Assembly: GCA_001599295.1 (NCBI GenBank)
Contig: BCGN01000004.1
Span: 1,737,676 to 1,801,675 of the forward strand
DNA length: 64,000 nucleotides
Reading direction: 5' to 3'
DNA from: Sporopachydermia quercuum
Taxonomy: Eukaryota
Of the stretch, positions 27,434 through 39,537 are shown piece after piece. How positions within the stretch are numbered: position 1 is the first letter of the stretch; every line of letters begins with the position of its first letter. The translations under genes were made by a program, and so were the position numbers. The notes under the pieces were generated by a model that was not told where the DNA came from, ran no database searches, and saw only the letters and a program-made list of their open reading frames with translations.

Positions 27434-28021
27434 ATGGCAAACTCATTAGCATCTTACAAATCAAAGAGAGATACATTTTCTCCGGTGACCTATCCAACAG
27501 CAGTGCATGTGGCAAAGCATGAACACATCACCTCAAAAGACACCTTGGAGTTATTAACATCTTTCATTGATAGTACCAATAAAATTGAAGAAATAAGGTC
27601 TCAAAATTTGCTTATGACCGATGAGGCTATTTCCAATGCAAAGCTAAGCCCAATGGTTGTGAATCAACTACGGAGAGTCCAACGAGATCTCAGGGGGCTA
27701 CCACCTCTTTTAACACAAACCAATGGAAATGGTAACGGATCTGTAAGTAGAGGAGATTCCGAAACTCAAGCTGTAGGTCAGGGAAAGAAAATTGTGTTTG
27801 GAGATGATGATGTTGATATGGTTGCTGACGAGGGCGAGGATAATGTCGACAGTGCATCTGCTAGTAATGACAAGAAGAGCAAAGAAGAAAGGAAAAGATT
27901 GAAGAAAGAAAGAATGAAGCAATCTAAGAGGGCAAAGAAAGAGAATCAGCAAAAGAAAGGGGGAAAGGACGAGCATAATGACGATAAATACGAGGATGAT
28001 ACTTCTAGTGAAGATCAATAA
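27434..28021 (+). CDS. RPA14: RNA polymerase I subunit A14-like with K/E-rich tail
   Basis: L.SFI....QLRRVQRDLRGLPP motif. Confidence 0.75.
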   Translation: MANSLASYKSKRDTFSPVTYPTAVHVAKHEHITSKDTLELLTSFIDSTNKIEEIRSQNLLMTDEAISNAKLSPMVVNQLRRVQRDLRGLPPLLTQTNGNGNGSVSRGDSETQAVGQGKKIVFGDDDVDMVADEGEDNVDSASASNDKKSKEERKRLKKERMKQSKRAKKENQQKKGGKDEHNDDKYEDDTSSEDQ

Positions 28022-28404
28022 TCAATAAAAGAGTTGGTATGGTTAGAAAATATTATTCGAAAGATGTACATTATTACATACACACACACACGTATATATA
28101 GAGATATATGCGTCCATTCGTCTGTTATGATAAAGATAGCAAGGGTTGAGGATTAGGTTAATTTCAAATAGAAATCTGCATTATAGTAACTACTTCTTTT
28201 ATTAAAAGTACCATTTACTCTCCTGGTGAAGTCATTTGCATATTTCGTTATAAACTTACAAGTATTGCATAATTCAAACGACTTATATTTAATTCCAGCA
28301 GAAACTATTCTGCATCTGAATACTATTTACATGACTATTTACAAGGTTATTTACAAGGTTATTTTGCATAGTTATATATGTCTAATGGTGATAGATCAAG
28401 TTAT

Positions 28405-30135
28405 TCACTTACTGGATTCTTCTTCAACTATGTTAATATCTTTTTGAAGTTTCATTTCTGTGTCCCCACCATTCATTTCAATAGGATCTTCCTGTATAAT
28501 ATCATCGGACTTCTTTGACCTATATTTCCTTATCAAAGGTGCCAGCTTATTTCCACCTGTTATTGGTAACGAAAGAATGCTCATGATAGCGCATATGATA
28601 CCTAAACTAAGCACAGTCGTATTCCAACCACTATTATCTTTAACTGCTGCTGCTTGGAAAGGGCCTATTAAACTTCCCAATGAATAAGCAACATTGAATA
28701 AGGAAAAAGCTTTGCCATAACCTTTACCGGTACCAAACATTCCGGGTGTTTTCCGTTCTACTTTACTAGTTGCTGCTGATAACTCACTCATCAGAGGTGC
28801 CATTANCATAGTAATAGATGCACCTATTAAAGCTAATACCACTGCCATCATGATCACATTTCGTGTGCCAGTTCCATTAGGTATTCTCAGCATAATAAAA
28901 AATGCAGTACCTGAAAGAAATGCTATAGCGACAAGAAACCTTGGACCAACTCTATCACAGATATATCCAACCACCGGTTCTAATGCTGCGGGCACAGCCA
29001 CGGCTAGAAACATCAAACCGCTATGGAATGAATTGAAATTCATTGTTTCTTTCATATATAGAGGCAGAATAGCATCCAAAGCTGACATTAACCAAGCTAA
29101 TATGACAGCAATGAATAAAGAATTAGCAATTCTTGGTTTGAACAGCAAAAATATNATCGTAGGAATCCTCACCTTATGAGAGCGCAGTTTAATGAATGGC
29201 TTAGTAAATTGAACAGTGGCTTCTTCCACTTCTCCTTCGTTAACTGGTAACGAGCCAGTTTCATCAGGTTGTTGTGCTGCCTCAATATCACCAATAGCTC
29301 TTTGGGAGACGCCATCACGAAATTCACCAGTTTCTGAGTAAAACCTCGCAACATATTGTTTCTGAATATCGGATAGTTCACGGTGAGAATTATGTAAGGC
29401 TATAGCTCTTTTTAGTCTGAATTTCAGTAAATCAACTCTTTCCAATACCAATACCCGCATCAATATATCCAGGCCAAGAATAGCAAATGACACATAGAAT
29501 ACTGAAAAATAGCCTACTTTTTCATAGAGAACTCCACCAACTAAAGGGCCCAGAAACATACCTGTAGATGTAGCCAAACCAGGGAAACTAAGAAGAAAAG
29601 CAAGATTGTCTGATCTACTAGTATCACTTACCATAGCCAAACCTACAGTCCAAATAACACCACCAGATGCACCTTGAAAAACCCTTCCTAGCATATAAAG
29701 CCATAGAATTTTGATCAGCATAATCAATAACGTAGAAGCAGTAGCCAAGATTAAACCTGTTAACATCATAAACCTTCGTTTTGCCATCTTATCCGAAATT
29801 AATCCTGCAGCCACAGAACCAACAATAAGACCAGCAGAGTAACATCCTAATGCTACCGACGTTTGTTTCTGTAAGTCATCTTCTGAAACTCCTAATCTTG
29901 TGACAAATGCATAAGGGATAACAGGAATAATACAAGCATACAAAAATAAATCTGAAAATACACCAATAGATACTGTGAGAATAATGAAAGTAGTCGACCC
30001 TCTAATTTCCCAAAACCATTCTTTAGACCATCTATCTACAGGAAACCGAATTGTTTCCTCTGATCCTGTTATTACCGAGCTAGTAGGATCGTTAGCCTCA
30101 TTCGGGAGGATACTTATATTGGTTCTGTCTGTCAT
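28405..30135 (-). CDS. MFS transporter (SLC18/vesicular amine transporter-like fungal family)
   Basis: About 12 TM segments. F.DLFLY..IIPVIP, GRVFQG.SG..IWTVGLA, AFSLFNVAYSLGSLIGP. Confidence 0.88.
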   Translation of the reverse strand: MTDRTNISILPNEANDPTSSVITGSEETIRFPVDRWSKEWFWEIRGSTTFIILTVSIGVFSDLFLYACIIPVIPYAFVTRLGVSEDDLQKQTSVALGCYSAGLIVGSVAAGLISDKMAKRRFMMLTGLILATASTLLIMLIKILWLYMLGRVFQGASGGVIWTVGLAMVSDTSRSDNLAFLLSFPGLATSTGMFLGPLVGGVLYEKVGYFSVFYVSFAILGLDILMRVLVLERVDLLKFRLKRAIALHNSHRELSDIQKQYVARFYSETGEFRDGVSQRAIGDIEAAQQPDETGSLPVNEGEVEEATVQFTKPFIKLRSHKVRIPTXIFLLFKPRIANSLFIAVILAWLMSALDAILPLYMKETMNFNSFHSGLMFLAVAVPAALEPVVGYICDRVGPRFLVAIAFLSGTAFFIMLRIPNGTGTRNVIMMAVVLALIGASITMXMAPLMSELSAATSKVERKTPGMFGTGKGYGKAFSLFNVAYSLGSLIGPFQAAAVKDNSGWNTTVLSLGIICAIMSILSLPITGGNKLAPLIRKYRSKKSDDIIQEDPIEMNGGDTEMKLQKDINIVEEESSK

Positions 30136-31860
30136 GCTGAAGAAGGAATTTGATTTGTAGAATGTTGTAGACGCGTTGCTTAAATGCTCCTCTTAATGAA
30201 CTCTGTAAATCGAAACTAAACTTTCCACAATTTTGTTTTCGGATACTTCAAAAGTCAATAAATGTCTTTTCTGTAATTTTGAAAATGTCCTTTTCAAGAC
30301 ACAATTGTTAGATCTTTAGTTAAAACCGCACTAGATATATATTCACATCCTCCAAAGGAAGAAATAATTGATCTTGAAGTTGTTGTTCCAGTCATGAAAA
30401 GGATACCTCAGTATTGTATGAATTCAAAACACTTGGTCTAAGGTCTCTTCTTTTATATACGACACAGCCACAATAGAAGCTTCAGTCTTGTTATAGTGCT
30501 GAGTCAATTCCTCACCTAAATGAACTTACTCAATGTCGAGGGCTGGAACTCTGAGAAGGCCAAATCAACAACAGCTTCGGACGCAGTTAATATATAAATA
30601 AAGAATAGTCTCTTCTTATATCTGTAAATGTTTATGTATCTTAAATAGCAGATAGTATCAGTAATTCAATAAAAAGAACTAGGTGTCTCTCTTGCCCCAA
30701 CTCTCTATGTATTCTACATTCAGGAAAAGAAGGGAATAGGCCAGGCCTATCGCAGTAATTGTCCTCGTCAAACCAGCAAAAAAGATTCTACCCTGTAGAG
30801 GCTTCACCTTCCCAAAACAGCTAATAATGAGGAAATGACGACTTAATATCCAGAAATGGTACATTAGGAAGGCATATAGAATTTTGATTGGTAAGGCTTA
30901 AAAGTGCGTGGATTATTAAAGTTTTGAAGTTAGAATGAGATGAAGAAGGAAGGTTTCATTTGCGAGGCAAACAAATGCTGTAGAATCGTACTGTAACTAA
31001 TTAGTTGAGGCTTAGAGGAAAAAGGTAAGGCATAAGCATTAAAGTTCAAGCTATTTGTGAAATGAAGTAAGGTAATCGTCTACTCTAATATAAATAAAAT
31101 TATCTCCTGAAAGAGTAAATAACCATAGTAAACTTTATTCTATTTACATTTAATTCATCTATATTTACTTTTCATCCTACTTCAAACTATAGGCATTTAA
31201 ACCAAAGATCATAAAAATCATTAACCATTTAGTATTATTTATACACATTAATTGTATACTCATCTATAAATAATAAAACTACTATTACGTAGAATTAATA
31301 ATAAGTCGTTATTTGCGGGATATATGTATATGCAAATAGTTTATTACGAAAGAATAGTCATGGAATGAAGTCAGGAAAAAAACCATTTGTCTTCAGTTCT
31401 TTATTTGGGCATATTCCGAAAACTTGAGCAGGAATCAGCAATTGTAGATTGCATTTGTCCATCACTGATGGAGATGAAAATCTTAAAGATTGAACCGAAT
31501 GTGGGATTGGCATTCTCAGGTAACCAAGCAAGTTCTATAGCAAGTCAGTGAGGATATCAAAATCCATGTCCTTTCATTAGTACGAGAAATATCGTGTTGT
31601 TAATGACGAATACTCCAAGTAACTAAAATTTTAACATAGGACTTGCATATTAATAATGATGGTGACTTTTTAGTACTAATAACGATTGTATTGTAACTCA
31701 TGTTGTTTCTGATTAGAATATAGTTGTGATATTTCTGCTGTGGAATTCGATCTATATAAAGGAGATGGAAATTGTGTAACCAGTTTGATAATATCTCATG
31801 ATGAGTTAGCAGCTATAATTAGTGTTATAATTATGCTTAGTTGAGTGAATATCAACTCTC

Positions 31861-33378
31861 CTAACTCCAGATTTCTATAGGATCATTGGAGTTTGCAGCA
31901 CTAATCTTCAATTGGAGCTCCTCGAGCATCTCACTAAGCTCATCGACATCAACTTCATGAATAGAAGGAACTACTTCACAGTTAGAGTATCCGGAAAAGT
32001 TCAAGTTCGAAAGTGATACAGTTAATGTTGATAAACTCCTTATCGGTTTCTTTTGTCTATGTCTCGTTGAACGACCATATTTCCTAGCAACGAAAACAGG
32101 ACCTGTTTTCAAGTTCTTGTTGGAGTTCACTTTTACCAATTCAAGACATTTACTAGAAGAATGTTCAACAGTTCTAGACTTCGTGTGTATAATTGCTGAT
32201 GAACGAATCGTAATAGCTCGAGTTTTGACTGAGTGTCTGCTTAGCCGTTGATCATGTGTCTTGAATGCACTTGAGAGTCTCCTTGTTGGAGGAAGATCGA
32301 TTACATTAGGTATCACTGCTATTTTGTTCTCCATTCGCATCATAGCTCTCATATAGAGAGCTGAAGTCTTCTTTATCAATGAATGTATCCTAAAGTCACT
32401 ATCATCAGGTTTATTACTCAACAGTTGCAGCTTTACCCCTTCTTTTAGTTGCTCAAACAACTGAAATTTTGTACTGAAAAACGCAACAAAGAGTTCATAA
32501 AAAGTGGGGTGAGTATCAATGGCGGAGGCCACAATCAATTTCACTAATCGTAGTAATGTCAAGAATGTACTGAATCCATCACTAAGCGCCATGATATCGT
32601 CTTTCATCTGCTCTGAAGAATCTGTCAGGGTTTTCTGTCCACCTCTTGATAACAACTGTTCTGGTAGTTTCACTATCATTTCAGCATTGAAATGTACTGT
32701 ATCTAAATCAGGCAGACTCTTAGAAACTATTCCTATTATGAGTTCCATTAATAGTACTCTGCTGTCCATATCTAAAGCCACATGATTCTTAAACATTTTC
32801 TCCATGAAGTTCAGATTGTAATTTGAATTACTACGAGTTGTTTTGTCGACCAGATCATTTATGATATTTACAAACATTCGAGGATTCTGGTGTGCTATTC
32901 TTGTCATTTGCTGTATAATTTCTGTTTCATCACATTGGCAGTAGTAGTTATGTAATACTGGCGACTTGCACTTAGAACATCTAACATCAAGCAGAAGATT
33001 CTCCTTCACAGCATCTACTATGTCTGGTTGAAGTCCTATATTACCATATGCTATACCTAGACCATCAACAAATATCAATAACCAGTAGAGTAACCTAGGG
33101 TCCTTACATATATGTAGCACTGATGAATAATAAGGATATCCGACTTCAGTGAATAATTCTTTCAGCCAACTAAATGTATCTCTATCGCCGATATTCCTTG
33201 AAAACATAGGAAGCTCACTGATGAATGCTTTCCCTACAGGAGAGGAATTGCTGTGATAAATTACTTCTGGTTGATCCTCAATTTTGCAATCGTCTATATC
33301 CATTCCTAAGGGAAACTCCTGGATACTTGATGTCAAAGAACCACCATCCATGATCTCTGCTATCAAAACATAGGCCAT
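31861..33378 (-). CDS. Uncharacterised protein (~505 aa from the first ATG)
   Basis: Long uninterrupted ORF with a CSKC..HNYYCQC cluster, helical middle and basic C-terminal region. No family recognised. Confidence 0.7.
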   Translation of the reverse strand: MAYVLIAEIMDGGSLTSSIQEFPLGMDIDDCKIEDQPEVIYHSNSSPVGKAFISELPMFSRNIGDRDTFSWLKELFTEVGYPYYSSVLHICKDPRLLYWLLIFVDGLGIAYGNIGLQPDIVDAVKENLLLDVRCSKCKSPVLHNYYCQCDETEIIQQMTRIAHQNPRMFVNIINDLVDKTTRSNSNYNLNFMEKMFKNHVALDMDSRVLLMELIIGIVSKSLPDLDTVHFNAEMIVKLPEQLLSRGGQKTLTDSSEQMKDDIMALSDGFSTFLTLLRLVKLIVASAIDTHPTFYELFVAFFSTKFQLFEQLKEGVKLQLLSNKPDDSDFRIHSLIKKTSALYMRAMMRMENKIAVIPNVIDLPPTRRLSSAFKTHDQRLSRHSVKTRAITIRSSAIIHTKSRTVEHSSSKCLELVKVNSNKNLKTGPVFVARKYGRSTRHRQKKPIRSLSTLTVSLSNLNFSGYSNCEVVPSIHEVDVDELSEMLEELQLKISAANSNDPIEIWS

Positions 33379-35909
33379 TAAATAGTGATTATTGCAATAT
33401 GATTCACTCAAATAGCGTTCGCTTGATTTGATAGAAAGGGTTGTCAGAATGATTATGATATTCAAGTTGAATCTCAATCAATTTGAGTATGACGGATAGA
33501 ATAGCTGTGTGATAAGTGTATTTTTTTTATACAAGTGTAAGATAATAAATATCAAACAATGCTTTTTGAATTCACTGTGTTTCGTCTTTGGCCAGTTACT
33601 TTCTCAAAAAGCACCTGAAATTCAATACTTCTGATTTATTTCTAGATACTCATTCAATCTGCAGTTTCTCATTTATCTTCAGCACAGGTTCTGTCTAAGT
33701 AATGTAATTGCTATCAAGGTCTCAATACAATCAACGATATTATAACCAAAGTATGAGTTGAACCAAACTAAGTACAGCCTGCCATTCCTACAATTTCTTT
33801 ACTACCTTCAGTAGAAACCTGCAAATACTACATATATCTTTATTAATCAGAGGGTCAAATACTTATAACAAGGTATATAAGAAGCAGTTGATATAGATTG
33901 CATAGCATAGTTTTGCTAAAAAGTACAGAATTATTTCAACTAGTGACCTTCCAGATCTCAGACCCTTTCTGATTAGATATGACCCAAATAAGAAAATGAA
34001 TTGATGTCAGTTCTTAATCCTGTTCTCAAAACGTAAGATAGGCATCAGGTGAATGGAAGACTCAAAAGGGGAGTAAACTTTGCAGAAACTGTTTAGAGTA
34101 TATGGATTGTCGATGGATGATCCAAATANGATCTGAATACTAGATGGTACGAGAATTTCATCTCAAAATATGTTAATTTGATTATAGGTTTAGAAATAAG
34201 TAGTGAAAGTATTTCGTTCGAAGCAAGAGGGCTCCTCAAGCCGCAACTCTGATGGGAGAGTTTCTCAAGGCATATGTAATTGCTCGAATTTATTGATTGT
34301 AGTATATAAATACCGTGCTAGTTTTTCTATAGCTTACTTCACCAAACAGGGATCAATCTATTTTCAATTCATAGCCTATATTATTTCCCCATAGTTCTGA
34401 TGAGATGAGCTATTTCTTGTTGAAACAACTTTTAATTACCGCAGGGAAAGAAATAAAATTTACGTACCAATGAAACCACTTCGATGACATTATGCATGTT
34501 CCTGTGCATGTTGCATAAGAAGACATGTTGAATAAGGGTCTGGGAGCTCAATAGGTTTAAACGGGTTCCAGCTCCATAGAGCTTGTTTATCAGGACTAGA
34601 ATGTTATGAATACGAAGTAAACGAGTAACATGAACTACTACTACTATTACTACTATTATGCTCTTGAGAAAATCTTAAAATGTCGAGTATTAATAATATG
34701 AGTAAAATCTACACTAGTTACGGAAGCTGTGAATCGATGTAGCGTATTTTTATCACNTAATAGCATGGGGACAACTTCATTTCTCTTTGGTCACTAAATT
34801 ATCAATCTCTCCATGAGAGAAACTAGGACTGCTTGAAAGATTGTGCGTTTAAAACCGGCTTTTTTTCTTTAGTTTTCAAATTTCATCTACCATTTGCGGG
34901 CTTTTCGTAACTCAACAACCATTTCACAATATTGAAAAGTGAAGTTGAGAAAAGTAGAGAGCTTTTTCAATTTTCTACATCATATTGATGTATAAGGGTT
35001 AGAACCTAAATAAAGATAATCGGACCATGTGTTTTCTCCTAATAGGAACAAGTACTGAAAGAAAGAAAAAGTAAAACATACATAGCTATTTCAGTTGGAT
35101 CAGCAGACGAAAGTAATCTCCCGGATTCTTGTTCAGCTGGTAAAGGAAAGGAATAATAAATATACAAGATATTATATNCTTTCAATTGAAGATGAATACC
35201 ACACTTCCTAGCAATCAATGATGGAGATGTAAGATTGAGTTTAGGATCATGCATGATCATGCAAGGTGGAAATTAAGCGATCTTTCGTCTCATTCAATGT
35301 TTAAGGGGGAGGTGGTAGATAATTGCAATAGTGCAATAGGAGCATACTGACATGATTGGAAACAAGCACTGAAAGCCAAACTTCCTCCGCAATGACCAAA
35401 TATATAGTAGTTACAAATAGTTTCATTGCGAGATTTACTTAGTTCGTAAATTTCAGATTTCCTTGTTAATAATAAGCTCGATTCAAACTCCTCTTATCGA
35501 ACTCCAGCTAGCAAAGCACTCACTCTGGACAAGGACCGCCTTGAAAAAGTACTCATCATCAAGATAGTAACTTTCCCTCTACGACTGACTAAAAAACATG
35601 CAGGAGCACCAAAATTCCGGAATTGTTCTTCCTTTTTCTGATACTTCCCGCTATTCCCCATTTCCATCTTGTGTTACAAAATTATTTATCCCTTCATGAC
35701 TATATATCCACTACAAACTCCATTCCCGGTAACAATCAGCACACTCAACTTATCCCAATGGGGGCCATCCCAAAGACCAGCTGCTCTCATCTTCGTTCCT
35801 ATATAAGAGAAGCCTGCATAGAGAACTCATCAACATAATACTATTAATCCATCTCATTTCAGATGCCGGCGACCAAACTGGGATTTGAATTAGGTTTCTG
35901 TGACAGAAA

Positions 35910-35916
35910 GAGTCAT
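35910..35916 (-). promoter_or_regulatory. Possible Gcn4 site (ATGACTC) upstream of HOM2
   Basis: GAGTCAT ~220 bp before the HOM2 ATG. Amino-acid biosynthesis genes are typical Gcn4 targets. Confidence 0.35.
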
Positions 35917-36138
35917 TTTTCATTGAAAATTCACTACTAGTGGTTTTATAAACGGCTTGGACAACAACACACTTCGATCACTAAACAATTCAGACAGTGA
36001 TTGATCTACTCATCAGTATACAAACGAACTACTAAACTTCAGAAAAATACGATTGATTTATTAGTGATTGGTATGATACATCTCACTCGATTATAATTGT
36101 ATATATCTACGTCAATTTGTTGTATAACAACATTAAGA

Positions 36139-37227
36139 ATGTGTGCAAAGAAAGCCGGCGTTTTAGGAGCTACAGGCTCGGTTGGCCAGAGATTTATTCT
36201 CTTGTTATCTTCGCATCCTGATTTTGAGATCTCTGCCCTAGGAGCCTCTGGAAGATCAGCGGGTAGGCGTTACGAAGACGCAGTTACCTGGAAACAAACT
36301 GATTTGCTTCCTGATATTGCCAAAGGTATTGAAGTTGTTACGTGTGAGTCCAAATACTTCAAAGACTGTGACATAGTGTTCTCTGGTCTTGATGCTGATG
36401 TTGCAGGTGATATTGAAAAAGAATTTGTTGGAGCTGGTTTAGCTGTTGTTTCCAACGCTAAAAATTATCGCAGAGCCCCCGAAGTTCCTTTGGTTGTTCC
36501 TATCATCAACCCTGAGCATTTAGATGTTATTAGTAATAAAGTAAAGAAAGCTGAAGCTCAAGGAGAGAAAAGACCAGGTTTCATTGTTTGCATTTCCAAC
36601 TGTTCAACTGCTGGTTTGGTCGCTCCCTTGAAGCCTTTGGTAGATAAATTTGGTCCTATTGACGCTTTAACGGCTACTACTTTACAAGCAATTTCTGGCG
36701 CTGGGTTCTCACCTGGTGTTCCTTCAATTGACATCTTAGATAACATCGTTCCCTATATTTCTGGTGAAGAGGATAAGATGGAATGGGAAGCTAAGAAGAT
36801 TCTTGGTAATGTTTCTGCTGATGGATATGGTTTTGATTTGGTTGAAGGTATGAAAGTCAGTGCTCAATGTAATCGTGTTGCTGTTTCTGATGGTCATACC
36901 GAATGTATTTCTTTCAGATTCAAGAACCAACCTCCTCCATCTGTTGATGAAGTCAAGCAAGCGTTAAGAGAGTATGTAAGTGAACCCACCAAGCTGAAAT
37001 GTCATTCTGCCCCAGTTCATGCTATTCATGTATTAGAACAAAATGATAGACCTCAACCAAGATTAGACAGGAATAGAGATCGTGGATATGGTGTTTCTGT
37101 TGGCAGAGTAAGAGAAGATCCCGTTTTAGATTTCAAGATGGTTGTCTTGTCTCATAATACCATTATTGGTGCTGCTGGTTCTGGTATTCTCATTGCTGAA
37201 CTATTACTGGCCAAGAGCTTGATTTGA
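36139..37227 (+). CDS. HOM2: Aspartate-semialdehyde dehydrogenase
   Basis: GVLGATGSVGQRF, SNAKNYR, catalytic ISNCST, QAISGAG, SHNTIIGAAG. Confidence 0.98.
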   Translation: MCAKKAGVLGATGSVGQRFILLLSSHPDFEISALGASGRSAGRRYEDAVTWKQTDLLPDIAKGIEVVTCESKYFKDCDIVFSGLDADVAGDIEKEFVGAGLAVVSNAKNYRRAPEVPLVVPIINPEHLDVISNKVKKAEAQGEKRPGFIVCISNCSTAGLVAPLKPLVDKFGPIDALTATTLQAISGAGFSPGVPSIDILDNIVPYISGEEDKMEWEAKKILGNVSADGYGFDLVEGMKVSAQCNRVAVSDGHTECISFRFKNQPPPSVDEVKQALREYVSEPTKLKCHSAPVHAIHVLEQNDRPQPRLDRNRDRGYGVSVGRVREDPVLDFKMVVLSHNTIIGAAGSGILIAELLLAKSLI

Positions 37228-38217
37228 ATTGCAATAAGGGTGATTGTAGTTCTTGCAATAGGTAGACTAATGAAAAGTTTTGTAAGTAAATGATATATTA
37301 ATGATATTAATGCAGAACGTATGTTTTTGACGTAGATCCATAACTATTCGAAGAATGAAGTGAACTATTATGATTACTATAAATATCAATATGCAGGATT
37401 AAAGCAATAATTGAGAACTTTAAATCCATTCAAAGATAGAATTGGAACAATGGACAATCTGCATTGTCATTAAGTTATACTAATTATACTATAATTCGGT
37501 ATATTATGATCAAGCTATATTTACTATAGTATATATAGTATATAATGTGGTGCTAAATATACTACAGTATTAATACACTATACTATTTAAATACATTAAC
37601 CTTTATAGAAACTCAATGCTAGGCGGGTCATGTAGAGAAATCACAAACTAGTTTTCATCAATTTCCTGCATGTCCATCAAACAACTTTATGCTTATATTC
37701 TATTCTTTGTCCTCTAATTGATCAATATTATACAATGATTCACTAACTTCTTCCATAATTTGTTATCATTCCTAATGATATCTACTGAGTATATCCTCCT
37801 TACTATCATATAAAGATAGAACGTGTTGATATTGATTGGTTAGTTGAGTCCCTGGTAATTCTAGATACTCGGATATCAAACTTAGTAAAGACTTATAAAA
37901 GAATGAACTAGAACAAACTAGAATGACAAGTCATTGACGATTTCATTGCACCCAAAAGTAGTACAAATGGATTAACAAACAAATACTGCCCAGTGAGTAA
38001 TGTTGATCACCATATTTATGTGCTTCAGCAGTAATTCCAAGGATTAAGTCATATTTCGACTCGCTTCAGTAATCAGATGTAACATGATGATGTGACAGGA
38101 AACCAAATTTGTCTTCTTATTGGTAGAATGTTGATTGTTGTTGTTTTAAACGAACCGCTTTTGCTGTCCAATGCTTCCTACTTCACTTGCCTTTCTTTTC
38201 TTTCTTTTTTTTTTCTA

Positions 38218-39537
38218 TCAAACGGCTACCTGTTTCATACAGAAAACAGCAAATCCGTGTTTCAGCTCCTCAGTCAAATTCTCATCGCCAATTTGCCATA
38301 CTTCAAATTTGCTGCTATTATTATTACTATTACTACAACATTCCAGAAGAAATGTCTCGGTTACCATAGGATCTCTTAATTGCATAGCTACTAGTATAAT
38401 AGTGTTTCTCCCGCATAGCTTATGAAGAGAATTAACAAATAATGGTACCAAATGCTCGTTATAAATTGTATCACAAGCAATAATTAAATCAGGTAAGGTT
38501 AAACTATTTTTGGAAAAACCATTAGAATTGTAAGTTGAGTTCTCTGGAGTACCATTAGATTCAATAGTCTCTTTCGACAGTGGAGTAATTATATCTAAAA
38601 CATTACTAACAGTAATATCAACGTTCTCCCAATCATATTCCACAGCGTCAATAATGGGAAAATAAGTACTAGAGTCAGAATGACTCTTTCCTGTGCTCCT
38701 GTTAGTGTTGATGGAAACTTTAGTACCAGCAGGAATGTACCTCACAGATCCTCCATTTTCATTTTCGGTATGAGAAATTTGGTGGAAATCGGACATTATA
38801 CCAGAAGATAACGTCGAAACGGAATTCGCCGGAATATTTTTTACTTCATTGCCTAGTAAACTGTGTGTAAATACTGGTTTATCAACATTTTCGATTATAT
38901 TCCGTCGCAACAGTTTCAGTAAGTGTGTNTGATCTGTTGCCAGATAGTGTTTCACTAAAGGACCAATGGCACAAGCTAGTATTCCGGAGACGCCAGATCC
39001 GAGTTCAACCACATTAAGCCCTGATCCCGCTTTCACCATTAAACCTGAAAACGGATTATTTCGACAATTCAGCAACCAGTCAACAAAAAGTGGAGATACT
39101 TTCCATAATAAATACCCTGTAGTGTTTACTTCTGTTCCCGAACTAATCCCACTGGGAGACTGATGTATATGAAGTTCAATGAACCTTTTGCAGACATTTG
39201 AAGTCGAGGTAGGCTCAATATTCAGGGTTGAACCCGAGTTTGTGGACACACCGGCATCCGTACAAGATCGTTTCTTTACCAAACGTTGTTTCCGCTTTCG
39301 ATTCCGATTCCGATTCCCATTCCGATTCCCATTCCGATTCCCATTCCGACTTCTAGTGGAGTCCTCTGTTAAAACTGACTTTCCTATAGTAACTTCTATG
39401 ATCTCATCAGTTCGGGATAAATATCCGAGATTTTGATTGTAGTCTCCCCGATGGAGAGAGTATAACTCAAAGATATGTTCCGATAGAGTTTCGGGCGAGA
39501 TTTGGTTGAATTTGGTAGTGTCAATATCGAAATCCAT
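38218..39537 (-). CDS. RKM5: Ribosomal lysine N-methyltransferase (seven-beta-strand), Rkm5-like
   Basis: QSPS..SS....TTG..LWK..P.F..WL, VVELGSGVSG, YLATD, IIACDTIYNEHLV, QLRD. Confidence 0.8.
   Translation of the reverse strand: MDFDIDTTKFNQISPETLSEHIFELYSLHRGDYNQNLGYLSRTDEIIEVTIGKSVLTEDSTRSRNGNRNGNRNGNRNRNRKRKQRLVKKRSCTDAGVSTNSGSTLNIEPTSTSNVCKRFIELHIHQSPSGISSGTEVNTTGYLLWKVSPLFVDWLLNCRNNPFSGLMVKAGSGLNVVELGSGVSGILACAIGPLVKHYLATDXTHLLKLLRRNIIENVDKPVFTHSLLGNEVKNIPANSVSTLSSGIMSDFHQISHTENENGGSVRYIPAGTKVSINTNRSTGKSHSDSSTYFPIIDAVEYDWENVDITVSNVLDIITPLSKETIESNGTPENSTYNSNGFSKNSLTLPDLIIACDTIYNEHLVPLFVNSLHKLCGRNTIILVAMQLRDPMVTETFLLECCSNSNNNSSKFEVWQIGDENLTEELKHGFAVFCMKQVAV
39301..39348. repeat. (ATTCCG/ATTCCC)8 coding hexamer repeat encoding RNGN/RN
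   Basis: Read directly inside RKM5. Confidence 0.9.

Noticed and set aside
34901..35263. Imperfect hairpin 34901-34954 and overlapping palindromes GATCATGCATGATCATGCA (35245-35263)
   Set aside because: Isolated and low in complexity, with no supporting snoRNA boxes or second copy.
37470..37600. TA-rich quasi-palindromic tract downstream of HOM2
   Set aside because: Simple low-complexity terminator-type DNA.
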